Notes: generated from the letters alone by a model not told the origin. Shown: positions 12,961 through 26,563, counted from the whole stretch's first letter. The stretch is 63,386 bases of DNA, filler included, from Octopus bimaculoides (GCF_001194135.2; 6 parts of 6 records of this genome joined end to end with filler, not necessarily neighbours in it), one strand, 5' to 3'. Made by a program: numbers and translations.

Positions 12961-13494
12961 CAGGACAAGCGCACAGACAAGGAAATATGTTGGTTTCATT
13001 GTGTCTGAATAACCACAGGTCCTCTTTTAGGATACCAGAGAGGTGCAGCATCATATCCCTTGCCAGCTACGTATGGCATTTAAAAGAGGAGAGTACACAA
13101 AACCTTATTAAATGGAGGCTCCTAGAACAGCCAGGGCCATATCTCAATGGGAGAAAATAATGTAAGCCAAAAGAGCAAGGATCCTGGAAAACTCACTTGA
13201 TCCAGGGCCCTTTTTAAACTCCAAAAATGAAGTGCTTGGTCAATGCCCTCATCAGAGGAAATTCCTGTTGCAAACAAGGAATTCTCCATTTGCAGCCTAG
13301 GAAATTGCTACTAATTTCGAAAGTAGTCACTGTTGAATTGCTGGAACCGATGTAAGGGGGATAACACCCAAAATATTTGAATCTGACAAGTCACCTATAC
13401 AGCTAAGTGCTTTATAGGTGCAAAACTAATGGTCACTCTCTAACCAACCATAACAAACAACCTTCTAAATATATATATGTATGTATGTATAAAT

Positions 13495-13650
13495 GTAGGT
13501 ATGCCCATGTCGTAAGAAGCTTGCTTCCCAACCACATGGTTTCAGATTCAATCTCACTGCATGCCTTGGGCAAATGTCTTCTCTTATAGCCCTGTGAGTT
13601 TATATTATAGATGGAAACTGAAAGAAGACCATCATGTGTGTGTGTGTGTG
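13495..13650 (+). mobile_element. SINE family C (CORE-like) 5' fragment
   Basis: aagcttgcttcccaaccacatggt...ccttgggcaaatgtcttct, homologous to the full copy at 57163-57570. Confidence 0.7.
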
Positions 13651-13831
13651 TGTATCAGCTTGAGTCAAAAGTTTTTTCAAATTTTCACTGATGATTTTTG
13701 GCGACTTGTATCTCCATGTTATGTCATTGATTTGATACAATTTGTCCAACTGATTGCTGAATTGTTTGTTCTTTGTTTTCATATGCAGCATATAAACATT
13801 AATTTTTTTTTTTTATTTTACAGATGTGATA

Positions 13832-14640
13832 ATGAGTAGTGAAAAAATTGCAATTAGAGACGTTTTATGATACATGTGGAAAAAAGGACTGAGTGCAAGG
13901 GTACCAGCAAAAGATTTTAATGATGTGGAAATCCTAGCAACAGTCAACAAACATGTGGCACAAAACTGGTTCAGACATTTCAAGGAAGGTGTCAGCAGCC
14001 TCAAAGACAAACCAAGGTCAGGAAGACTTTCTGTTGTAGATGATGAGGCCTTGCTTGAAATTAAATGACAGTCAGGCACAAGCACTTGTACACTGTTAGA
14101 AGAACTTGGTCCTTCACAAAGCACCATCAATCAACACATCCATAAGCCTGACTTTGTGAACAAATACTGTCAAGATGTTCCTCATGAACTGACCAATGAC
14201 CAGGTTCTACAACATATGAACATTTGGAAACAATTGCTGGCAAATCCCTGAGATGCTCGTTTTTGGCACTGAGTTGCAACTGGGGATGGAAAGTTTATCT
14301 ATTTTCATAACCATAATAAGAGAAACCAGTAGTTTCATCCAGAATTTGCTGTCAAACAAGGGTGGTTTGAACATGTGTATTTGGTGGAATTTCAAAGGGG
14401 TGTTGCACTTTAAGCTTGTCCCAGATGGTCTTGCTGTGAGTTCTAACTTCAACAACTGCAGTGAGTATATGATGTTTTAAAAGCCCCTACCTATCATTGG
14501 CTAATCAAAGACACACAATCTTACAGCATAACAATGCACCAGAATACACTGCCAATGTGACTAAGCACAAACTTGAGGAACTTGAAGAGCTGGAAATGCT
14601 GCCTTGCCTTGCCTTGCCTACACTCCAAATATTGTGAGTG
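13832..14640 (+). mobile_element. Mariner transposase pseudogene
   Basis: WFRHFKEG...KDKPRSGR, VPHELT, ATGDGK, YTPNI (YSPDL-like); stops and frameshifts. Confidence 0.85.
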
Positions 14641-14759
14641 CCAGAACTGCTAGATGATATGATTTAAACGTGTCCCATATATAACCTGCTATTACCTCTA
14701 TTGGTAACAGAAAGTCTCTCTCTCAGAATGAAAGCGGACTATGATACTTGTGTAGAAAT

Positions 14760-16140
14760 TACATGATAGTGAAACATAGACTGTGGATACAGAAAATATA
14801 AGGAGATTAGAAGGAAATGAAGGTAGCATGCTCCACTGAATGTGCAATGTCAGTATGTAACAATATCATAGTCATTTGTTATATGGGCAAAAGTGAAAAA
14901 GCCTTAGAAAGAGGTAATTACAGAGATATCAAATTGCTGGACCAGACCATGAAAGTTACAGAAAGAGTTTAAGCATGTTTAGGGAGAAAGATAACCTAGA
15001 TAAGATGCAGTTCAGTTTTGTACTACTGGTGTGATCTTCCCAGTGAAACAATTACAGAAGTACGTAAGTTGTGCCTATACCTAGCATTTGTTAACCTGGA
15101 GATAGCCTTCAACATAGTTCATTGCTCTGTAATGTGGTGGTCACTGAAAAGCTAGTGGATGAATGGCTTGTGAGTGAAAATTGTCAGCAAAATGGGTGAA
15201 ACTGTCAGTGAAGTGGAGCTAGCAATGGGAAAAAATGTAGAGTGCATGTGATGGTCAACCAAGATTCAGTTTTCAGTCCCCTTCTATTTATCATTGTCCT
15301 CTAAGTCATAACAGAAGAGTTCAAAACTAGCTGTCCATGGAAACTCCTATATGCTGATGACCTCGTTCTTAAAGTTGAAATTTTTGGAGGGTTAGAGAAG
15401 AAATTCCAGGCAAGGAAGGAAAACTTGGAATCAAAGGGCCTCAGAATTAACTTAATAAAAACTAAAGTATTAGTAAGCAGGAAAACAGATGGGACTCTGC
15501 TATCATCAGGTGGCTTTGCTTGATATATGAAAAAGGAGTGGGTAGAAATTCAATACAGTGTATCCAATGCAAACTAAGGACACGAAAGGGGTGCAGTGGA
15601 ATCATAGGAAAATTTTCAGAGAAAGAAGACTTTGTATGTGGCATTTTCACAGAAGCAATAAGCACCAAGAGTGCAAGGGAAATAATGCGCAGGAGGATAC
15701 CTAGCAATAGTAGAAAAGCTCCTCTGTGATCTAGGTAACCTTCTTAACAATAGAAGATGTTCTCAAAGTATAAAAGCTAGAGAACAGAGTACAGAAAGTT
15801 CAGCGAGTTATTACCATTGTTGATAACAAAAGCTCTCTCTCTCAGTGTGAAGTGCATGAACAATGGAGTACAGAAAATCCTAGTGTAAAAGGAATCAGAT
15901 ATTTGTGTGCAAGAGAGAAGACTGGTTGGTATGGAGATATGATGTGTATGGATAAGGATAGCTGTATGAAAAGTTCCAATCAGTTACAATGGCTAGAACA
16001 TGTGGAAGAAAGAAGCCCAAGATGTGGTATGAAGTGGTGAAATCTGATCTCAGAATATTGAACTTCACAGAGGAGATGACTGAAAACTGAGATGACTGGA
16101 GATATATAATTCTCAAGAAGACCCATTCCCTACACATGCA
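14760..16140 (+). mobile_element. RTE-clade LINE, RT and 3' region, decayed
   Basis: ALERGNYRDIKLLDQTMKVTERV, MQFSF, LAFVNLEIAF, QDSVFSPLLFIIVL, LLYADDLVL, GL.INL.KTK motifs in broken frames. Confidence 0.85.
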
Positions 16141-16979
16141 TAATGAAACTGATGTTAAATTGTGGTAGAGATGGAAGCTGAGAGTATGTGTATGCATATA
16201 TCTAAGTCCTTTGCCTAATTTGTCCCTGTCAAGTACACACCTGCTGTACCCCTTATCCCTCCATCACATTTCTATCTACTGTATTATTCTACTGCTGTAT
16301 TTAATGAAAGCAGAACCCATTACTACGTTCATCATTCCTCTTTCTGTTCTGCCACTCATCATCCCCTCCCCATCAAGCCACTTTCTCCTGTCCATCCTCA
16401 GTCTTACTACCCCACTTGTACACCATTAACCATATTCACCTGTTATCTACCTAAGACGTCCACCATTCACTTCCACCACCAACCCTGCTCTTACAACCTT
16501 TACCTACTCTTACTAATCCTCTGTTACCACACACTCTCCTATTCACCAACTTGGCCATGTTATCCCAAGAATATACTGTAGCTCCTTGCACCATCATCTT
16601 TATCCCATCTTTCCAGCACCACTCCATCCATCCCTGCCTGTCTATACATATTGCAAGATATCCTTAAATCTTTTATTCTCTCCCTCACTCCATTACTCCT
16701 AATACTACTCTTTCTCCTACCCTTCCATTAGTCCCTTCCTTAGCACTGTTTGCTAGTTTCACCTCTATCACCCTATGCCAACAATAAACCTATCCCTCCC
16801 ATCATACTTTTAACTTATCAAATATCTCACCTACGTTCACTATCCTTTTTTCCTTATCTCCTTCTCTGACATAGAAGTTCTTTAGTCTTGCAAGCTATAA
16901 GGTGACCTAAACAGTACTTGTGTGTGTGTATGTGTGGCCCAACTATGCACCAATACAATGTTTTGAAATGTGTGCAGGA

Positions 16980-17220
16980 TGTCTGAAGGTAAAACCTCCA
17001 CTGTTTGTTCCTAAACAAGTCTAGCCTTCTAGCTCACCAAATCTAAATGCATGTGACTTTTGGATACAAGGTGTCATTAAGAAAAAATACCCAAATACCA
17101 TTTCTACAACATCCCACAGCAGTGTTGCTACAGAGAAAATTACTGCTAGGAAGGTCTATCAAAATAGGTGAGACAATAAAAGTATGCTCAAACTCTTATA
17201 GCCATCATCTTGTATACATT
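16980..17220 (+). mobile_element. Tc1/mariner C-terminal remnant
   Basis: PSSSPNLNACDFWIQGV resembles WPPSSPDLNPLDY.VWG. Confidence 0.5.
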
Positions 17221-18931
17221 TGTGTGTGTCTATAGACATACACTCCCATATATACATAAAAATATATATAGATGCTTGTGTGTGTGTGTGATCATTATCG
17301 TTTTAATGTCCACTTTTGCATGTTTACATGAATTAGATGGAATTCATTGAAGGAGATTTACCTGTTTCTAAGCATGGTAATATTTACCCATAACCAGATC
17401 TTTCACAGAAGATTGGAAATAAATAACACCACTTGTGTGACAGTGATACATGTTTACAACTATGGAGTGATTTCAAGACAAAGAGACAAACACACACAAC
17501 TATATGCACACACACACACACACATTGCCATTCACATAGTCATCCTTTATCAACCCATTTGTTTTTCAGACATAGTGTATCTATGGTTACATCATCTAAT
17601 GTATCATTTCTTTAAGGTAGTAGGTAAGATTTGGAAGAGTTATAGCAACTATTACTAGGATGTCAAATGACCATATAAAAGCTTCCTGATTAGCTAAATA
17701 TGTATTTCAGATGGGCTGTGGTTGAGCAGACTTATGTCAAAGTATTGAACTCATCTTAATCTCAATTCATTTTGAGGAATATTGTTGCCTTGACTACATT
17801 ATCTAACACATCTGTTTCAAGACAGCAGAGTACAACTTAGGAAAATTTACCTGATTTTTCTAACAGATCGAGCGACCACAAAATGGCTGACCCATTAACT
17901 CACTTGAATCTGTTTTTGGTATCAGTGTGTGTGGGTGGTAGATCAGTGGTTAAGATCTAGGCAAAAAGTGACTTGATTACAAAGATTTTGATTATAACTA
18001 CTTTCTCAAAGAACGTTAATAGGTGCAAGCTTTCATGCGATGGACAAAAAGCCTTGAGGTATATTTAACCACTTGCATTTAAATTCTGAGAGGTTTGATT
18101 TGCTTTTCCATACTTCCATGATTGATATATGTAATAGCTAAGTACAGGGATCAATATAATTGACTATATTCTCCCATGAAATCAATGGCATCATTTGAAG
18201 GAGAAAAATCTATTTATCTTATCGTATCTTGCAACTTTTCTTCCTAATATTCAAAAATGAAGACCATGTATTTTGAGAACATCATTTCATTAAATTATTT
18301 ATATAGAAATTACTTATATAGTATTGCCAATGAAAGTGGTAGTAGTTCATTTATCTTGTCATGGGAATTACAATATGTTCTTGCTCAAGACTCTTAACTC
18401 ACAAATGGCTCAGTCTGATAAGCTCTAATGTAGATTTTACCTGTGTAAATAACTTTCTAATTTTTAATTAAAAAAAATAATTGTTTTTAATTTGCTTTCT
18501 TCTGTCTTATGTGTGTCCCACCTTGCTAACTATCAGCCATTTTGTATACATTTTGAATACAAAATGGCTGATAGTTAGCAAGGTGTTTTTAATTTCTTTT
18601 CTATATAAGTAATTGTTTTTAATTTAGGTGTAAGAAAGAAATTTTGAGAGGAGGACTTTAGTCAATTCCATTGAAAAATCTTATTCAGAAACTGCAAACC
18701 ATGAAACCTATGCTCTATTTTCCAAAAATAATCTACTCAACAGAATTACTGAAAAGACCCCTTTTCATATTCATAAAACTTATAAAATCTACAAATACTT
18801 CAATCTTTCCAATTTTACAAACCAAAAACACTTCCACAACTGTATTTTTATCCTCCTTTCCTTTATCTACCTGCTGCTTTCACCTGTTTGTTTTGTCCAT
18901 CTTCTTTTGTCAATAACATTTATTTTTTATC

Positions 18932-19212
18932 TGTCACATGTACCCTTAACGTAGTTCTCGGGGATATTCAGTGTGACACAGTGTGACAAGGCTGACCCCT
19001 TTGAATTACAGGCACAACAGAAACAGGAAGTAAGAGTGAGAGAAAGTTGTGGTGACAGAGTACAGCAGGGTTCGCCACCATCCCCTGCCGGAGCCTCGTA
19101 GAGCTTTAGGTGTTTTCGCTCAATAAACACTCACAACGCCCGATCTGGGAATTGAAACCGCGATCCTATGACTGTGAGTCTGCTGCCCTAACCACTGGGC
19201 CATTGCACCTCC
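18932..19212 (-). mobile_element. tRNA-derived SINE family B, 5' part
   Basis: Minus-strand head ggaggtgcaatggcccagtggttagggcagcagactcacagtc; body shared with 33470-33718, 51925-52217 and 54265-54475. Confidence 0.85.
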
Positions 19213-19880
19213 ATATTTTATATAAGATAACAACAATCATGCTTACAGGAAAATATAACAGTCATTGATGTCCAAAATGAAATTCATAATAATTTTTCTT
19301 GGTCTCTAAATTTGTTTTGCAGCACATGCTCATGAAGGTATGGTATAAATAAATCACCACTAATCCCACATTGTCACCTAAGTTTCTTCTTAGCGATATC
19401 CATCACCCTTCTGTGGTCCACCTATGGATGTTATCATTTTGATCAACAAAATTGAGTGACTGGTCGAGAACTTTATAACTATAAAAGTTGCTGAGATCCA
19501 CATAGGAAACCCACCCATCGGATTCCAAATGTGTGTTATGAAATTTTAGTATGTAACCATTGTAACTTCCAGTTTCTATCGCAATTTACTCTCATTTATT
19601 TTGGGGACAATTTACTTTCACTATTTTAGGATGGTAAACTGCAAGTTAACCCTTATTCTATTGGGCTCTTACTAAGTTACGGGGACATACTACATCAATG
19701 CTAGTTGTCAAGTTGTGGGGACATAATACATTAACACCAGTTGTCAAGCAGTGGTGGCACATACATATAAGTTGGTCAATGTTTCAAGCCTTAAATATTC
19801 TTTCATGCCTTTATTTGGAATTATACCAGTGCCTACAACCAAACTGTAGTGCACCTAACCCAGCCTGCTACGTGTTAAAA

Positions 19881-20198
19881 ACTGTGTAGAAAACGAATAT
19901 GAAAAAAAAAAAATTGCGTAAACGAATGTGAGGGAGGGGAGAGGACTTTCGGAAAATTCACAAGATCCGATTTTTTCCTCATAACTTTCAGAAAAATGGA
20001 TATATATTGATGAAATTTTATAGAAATACCGTCCAAATTGCACAAATTACGATTATGAAGACATTTCTGAGGAATTTTTTCCGAAGGGATGAGGAGAGGA
20101 CTCGGAAAATTCACACGATCCGTCCCCCCCCCTCATAACTTTCAGGAAAATGGATATCTTTTGATGAAATTTTACGGAAACTTCTTTCAAACAACATA
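19881..20198. repeat. Element end with ~170-bp tandem units, related in inverted orientation to 754-1020
   Basis: ggagaggact(t)cggaaaattcaca...cctcataactttcag..aaatggatat..ttgatgaaattt occurs twice; reverse complement matches gtgtgaattttccgagccctctcc at ~943-966. Confidence 0.6.
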
Positions 20199-20948
20199 NN
20201 NNNNNNNNNNNNNNNNNNNNNNNNNNNNNNNNNNNNNNNNNNTTAATTAATTAANNNNNNNNNNNNNNNNNNNNNNNNNNNNNNNNNNNNNNNNNNNNTA
20301 TATATATATATAGACAAATCGAACATTAAAGATAACAAATAAGAAAGCATGTCGAAGTATACGTGGAAGGTATTGATGCTCAGTAAATATGGATAAAAGA
20401 GTAGGATTTAGCGTTTCGAGCATAGCTCTTTGCCAGAAAGAGGAGAAGTATAGGTCTGGAGGAGAAAAACGATCCAGGAAAAGCATTTGTGTGGTTACAT
20501 GGCTGAAGTGGAGAGAGCTAGAGAAAGTATCTTTAATGCAGGAGAGTGCGAAAATGGTCAGTGTGTGTGCGTGTGTGTGTGTGATAGTATCTTCGCGCGC
20601 GCGTGTGTTTATGTTTGGGTGAGTGATGTCTGCGTAAGAGAGTCGTATCGACGATCTGGTTAGCAGCCGCCGTTCGATTAGGTACTGAAAGGTGAGGTGA
20701 AGTGTGCATGAGTGTGCGGCGAGTGAGTTAGCATGCATGTGTGTGAGTGTGAGTGTGTGTATGTGCGAGTAGTCACATATACATACACATACACATATAT
20801 GCATATTTAGGTCCAAACTATGACCAGCACAATGATTCACACTTAGAGAGAACGTTTAAGAAGTGACGCTGAGAAGGAATCAGATTCAAGCGAATAATCA
20901 AACGTCCCTTCGTTGATTGAACACCATTATTTCATTTGCGCCGAAACA

Positions 20949-20993
<45 letters not shown>

Positions 20994-21853
20994 ACACACG
21001 CCCGCACATACATATGTGCACCCGTGTTTATATACATGTATTTCTGTATATGTATATAAATATATAATTGTGACTGTGAAGTGTATTTCCTGCAGTGTCA
21101 GTCTACGGACGTTGAGCAGTGAGTGTGGNNNNNNNNNNNNNNNNNNNNNNNNNNNNNNNNNNNNNNNNNNNNNNNNNNNNNNNNNNNNNNNNNNNNNNNN
21201 NNNNNNNNNNNNNNNNNNNNNNNNNNNNNNNNNNNNNNNNNNNNNNNNNNNNNNNNNNNNNNNNNNNNNNNNNNNNNNNNNNNNNNNNNNNNNNNNNNNN
21301 NNNNNNNNNNNNNNNNNNNNNNNNNNNNNNNNNNNNNNNNNNNNNNNNNNNNNNNNNNNNNNNNNNNNNNNNNNNNNNNNNNNNNNNNNNNNNNNNNNNN
21401 NNNNNNNNNNNNNNNNNNNNNNNNNNNNNNNNNNNNNNNNNNNNNNNNNNNNNNNNNNNNNNNNNNNNNNNNNNNNNNNNNNNNNNNNNNNNNNNNNNNN
21501 NNNNNNNNNNNNNNNNNNNNNNNNNNNNNNNNNNNNNNNNNNNNNNNNNNNNNNNNNNNNNNNNNNNNNNNNNNNNNNNNNNNNNGTCGCATTTTATATT
21601 CTTAATTTCGCGCATTGTTTGGTTTTGATTTTATCGACTATACAGAATAGTAGGGGCAGTTGGGCACCGTTTGTGAGAAAAAAGCACCACCATGACGCAA
21701 TGGTTATGATTTATTTAAGCAACGTACGACAGACGATGGGAGGATGACCGTGGTGTGTTTCCGTTACATACTTAGATATACCTACATTAGCTCCCGTACA
21801 ATAAGGATACACGCAAACACAGATACACACACGCACACACACGCACGCAAACG

Positions 21854-21885
<32 letters not shown>

Positions 21886-22599
21886 CACGCTAGCATGAAC
21901 ATATACATATATATTCTGGCGGTAAATGTATATATGTTTGTGTGTGAGTGAGTTTACACATGTCTATAAAACTTGGTTGTTGCTTATGATGCATTCTTTT
22001 ATGTCCTGTACCAAAGATCGTTAATTTAAATATAAGACTGAAATGAATAGATATCACCAACTAAAAACTCCCACATGGTACGATGACCAGTCCAATGACT
22101 GACACTAGAAAATCTATAGAAGAATATTTTGTGAAGTATTGAATGCAGCCATAATTTACCATCTGTCATTGACCATGTGAGGAAAGTGTTTGTTGATATC
22201 TCAGCAGTTACACTCAATACATACATACACACATACCTATGTATATATGTATGCTTGCATATGTGTATGTATCTATGTATATGTCGATAATTTAGATGAA
22301 TGTTTCACTGAGATAATCTTTATGACTGTGATTGAGATATCTACTTAAAATCACAGTTCCTTAATTACACCCCTACTGTTTCAACTACAGACAAATAGAC
22401 AAGAGCAGCAGTAGCAGTAGAAGGAAGTAATGTTGGGAAGAAGTTTTTCATAAATTGATTATAAAGATATATGAAAACAAAAAGAAAAGAAAAAGAAGAA
22501 AATGGCCGCTAAGTTTTCCGCAATATATATATCACGTTGAGTAAAAAGTAAGCAAGGTTTCGAACCATGAAGTATTTGTACCGGATTTTGAAGAGTCTT

Positions 22600-23510
22600 G
22601 AATTTTTTAAACATTTATTTGCAGTTGTCTGATAATACAGACATAGACTTGCCCTCACCGTTGTTACAATCATCTGAAATGTAACTGTCAAAGCGCGATA
22701 TTCGAGCAATTTTGCTATCCAACTTCAAAAAAGGACGTAAAGCAGCTGAAACTGCTCGCGATATCAACGAAACGTTTGGTGAGGAAATGACCAGTGAGTG
22801 GTCAGTTCAGAAATGGTTTAAACGATTCCGCAGTGGACACTTGAACCTTGAAGATCGTGAGCGTATTGGAGGCACATCTGTCATCGATGACGGTCAATTA
22901 AAGACCGTCATTGAGAAAGATACACGTAAGACTACTCGAAAATTGGCCAAGAACTTCATGTTGGCCAGAAAACTGCCTGTAACCATTTGCATGCGATGCA
23001 TGCGATCGGAAAATCAAAAAAGCTCGACAAATGACTACCATACGATTTGAATGAAAATCAGAAGATGCGCAAATATGAAATTTGCTCGTCGCTTCTTCTC
23101 AGTAACCAGACCGAGCCATCTCTCGTCCGTATTGTAACTTGCGATGAAAAGTGGATTCTGTACAATAATAAAAAAAACGTTCTTCGCAGTAGTTTGACCA
23201 AAATGAAGCACTAAAAACCTTCCCTAAACTCGAGCTCCTCAAAAAGAAGGTTATGATGACTGTTTGGTGGGGAATTGTTGGACTCCTCCACTATAACTTC
23301 TTAAAACCCGGAAAAACCATTACTGCAGAAACATATTGTCGTGAAATTGCCACTCATCCGTCTCAGACTGGTCAGCAGAAGAGGGCCAATCATTCTTCAT
23401 GACAATGCTAGACCTTACGTTCCACTAATGACGCTCCAGCTTATTCTTCCCCACCCAACTTATTCTTCAGACCTTACTCCTACCGACTATCACTTCTTGA
23501 AGTCTTAGCT
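22600..23510 (+). mobile_element. Mariner transposase pseudogene (Hsmar1/SETMAR-like)
   Basis: NFKKGRKAAETARDINETFGE...VQKWFKRFRSG, IVTCDEKWILYNN, KKVMMTVWW, ILHDNARP, HPTYSSDLTPTDYHF. Confidence 0.93.
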
Positions 23511-24151
23511 TCGTTGATGGTTGTCAAAATAATACCGAAACATTACGAAATTGTCTCCCCTGCTTCCAAATATAGGCAAATAATATTATTAGTCACTGAC
23601 TAATTTTGTTTCCTTTTTCTTCTCCACGTAATTATTTCCAGTTATCCTTTGAACTTACATTAAACATGTTAACACTAACGTAACTAACCGTCCCACCAAA
23701 TCGTTAGATCAACAATAAGAAACTAGAAAAACATCGATGATTTAATTTCCTGTCATTATCTAAAACAAAAAAAAAGCCTAAAAAATATCGAGAATATGGC
23801 GACAAATTATAAAATAATATTCTATTAATAACCTTGTAGTGAATTTGCTCAAAACATAAACATCTCTAGTAACATCGTACAGAAATAAATAACTAAGGTA
23901 GACACACCCAATAATTCCGATTATATTATTTTGGTTTGTTATTTATAGACATTAAGCCGTAAAGAAATATAAGGAGATAAGAGGAAATAACTACGGTAGG
24001 AAAATTGCGTGAATTTCGATTAATCAGTTAATAGGTGTCGTATAGAACGACGTGCAACCAAAATTCGCAACTAATAGAAAGTTCTATTCTATTTGGAGAC
24101 AGAAAATAAAACCAAGATTTTATAGGTGCATATATGTTTATGAGTATATGT

Positions 24152-24182
<31 letters not shown>

Positions 24183-25322
24183 GATATGCAGGGCAGGGAA
24201 TCGTCAATTAGTAATAAAATTAATAATTAACAATTTTGCCGGGTAGCTCAGTATGAAAAAACCTTTTTCGGTAAAAAACATTTATAATCATAAATATATA
24301 TATTTATGANNNNNNNNNNNNNNNNNNNNNNNNNNNNNNNNNNNNNNNNNNNNNNNNNNNNNNNNNNNNNNNNNNNNNNNNNNNNNNNNNNNNNNNNNNN
24401 NNNNNNNNNNNNNNNNNNNNNNNNNNNNNNNNNNNNNNNNNNNNNNNNNNNNNNNNNNNNNNNNNNNNNNNNNNNNNNNNNNNNNNNNNNNNNNNNNNNN
24501 NNNNNNNNNNNNNNNNNNNNNNNNNNNNNNNNNNNNNNNNNNNNNNNNNNNNNNNNNNNNNNNNNNNNNNNNNNNNNNNNNNNNNNNNNNNNNNNNNNNN
24601 NNNNNNNNNNNNNNNNNNNNNNNNNNNNNNNNNNNNNNNNNNNNNNNNNNNNNNNNNNNNNNNNNNNNNNNNNNNNNNNNNNNNNNNNNNNNNNNNNNNN
24701 NNNNNNNNNNNNNNNNNTATATATATATATATGTATGTATATATGTATCTATGTATATACATATACTTATGCATATGCATTTATGTACGTTTGCACTCAT
24801 ACATGCACTTAAGTTTGTGTGAGGTTGCGTGTGTATGTTGTATGTGTGTGTTTCTGTGTGTGCGTGTGTGCGTGCGTGCGTATGTGCATGTGTGTGTGTC
24901 TGCGTGCGTGCGTGCGTGTGTTTGAGTGTGGCAAAGGTGTGCGCGCGTGCTTGCATATGAATGTGCGTGTATGTTCGCCGATACTGCATTAGTACGAGAT
25001 GACAAACGTTTCCTCGTGGAATAGCAAAGCACATATCTTTGCCGCAGTATTATCACGTGTCTGTAGCGAAATACGTGGGAATCATAATCCACTGAAAATA
25101 ATTAATAAATGCAATAAATAATGATAGGTGTAAGTTGATGTACATTTATATATATATAATGGGAAATTTATATACACGTGTGTGCGTGTGTATGCACAGT
25201 ACGGTTATTCTATTTAAATAATATTCAAGTATATATTCTAATGCATAAACACGTATACAAATAACACTTTTTCTATGTTTCGATATCATTACAACGACCT
25301 CTCTCTCTATCTCTCTCTTTCG

Positions 25323-25362
<40 letters not shown>

Positions 25363-25417
25363 TTCGCTCTCTCTCCCTCCCTCTCCCTCTCTTTCTCTCT
25401 TTTTCTCTCTCACTCTG

Positions 25418-25797
25418 GGCAGGAACGTTAGCACGCCGGGCGAAACGCTTAGCAGTATTTCGTCTGTCTTTATGTCCTGAGTTCAAATTCCTCCCGAGGT
25501 CGACTTTGCATTTCATCCTTTCGAGGTCGATAAATTAAGCACCAGTTGCGTACTGGAGTCGATCTAATTGATTGCCCTCCGCAAAAAATTTCGGTCCCTG
25601 TGCCTAGAGCAGGCAGAATCGTTAGCATGCCGGGCGAAATGCTTAGCGGCATTTCGTTTCTCTTTACGTTCTCAGATCAAATTCCACCTAGGTCGACTTT
25701 GGGGTCGATAAATTAAGTATTAGTTGCGCACTGGGGTCGATCTAATCGACTGGCCCCCTCCCCAAAACTTTCGGGCCGTGTGCCTAGAGTAGAAAAA
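25418..25797 (+). mobile_element. Two head-to-tail SINE family A copies
   Basis: Two heads (ggcaggaacgttagcacgcc ~25418; ggcagaatcgttagcatgcc ~25612), each followed by core and gcctagag tail. Confidence 0.85.
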
Positions 25798-26521
25798 AAA
25801 ATTCACAAACCGTCGTATCAATAAGCACCATGCAGTGTTTATTCTCATATTCTCAGTCTTGCAATATTCTTGACCTAACCTTGGTACACTACACTGGGGT
25901 AATAATCGCTAACATATCAGTACATCACCATTTATTGAATAAATATATGCAAGAAATATTTATCACGGTGATTAGATTGTGTAAACGCATATAAATCACA
26001 AATGTCTTGTTTAGAAAGCAGACAGAAATGCAATGCAGTGAATTACAACAGTAAAGCAGTTAGACTTATTCGTCTCTCGTATTGTATGTACGAATAAATA
26101 TTCGTTAATTATTAGTCTGCTTAGGAGCAAGGCCACAAACATATCGAAAGTTTAGGTGACCGCTTTACAAGTATCTTGTAGTGGGTTCGATTCGAGAATG
26201 CGGCTTTTGCACATGTCTTCTACCACCTTTCTTTATCGAGCAAAATTTATGAGTGGAAGAAGGTGGACGGAATCTACATCATGGTGGCTACGGTGGCCTG
26301 ATATATATTTCTCTCCTCTCCTCTCTCTCTCTCTCCTTATATATATATATATATATATATACTTTTTTTATCAAATCTGCAAAAACATCACAACTTTAAT
26401 AAAAACATTAGTTTTATTTTTAAAAAAGCACATTACTCAGTATTCAGTATTCGAATACTATTTTTTCCACATTGTTTTGCATTTATTTGCTTACTCGTGT
26501 GTGTTTGTGTGTGTGCGTGTA

Positions 26522-26563
<42 letters not shown>

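Noticed and set aside
20243-20254. ttaattaattaa embedded between N runs (also near 47725, 59617, 60912 and 62111)
   Set aside because: Identical palindromic six-frame-stop spacer, always inside gaps: an assembly linker, not biology.
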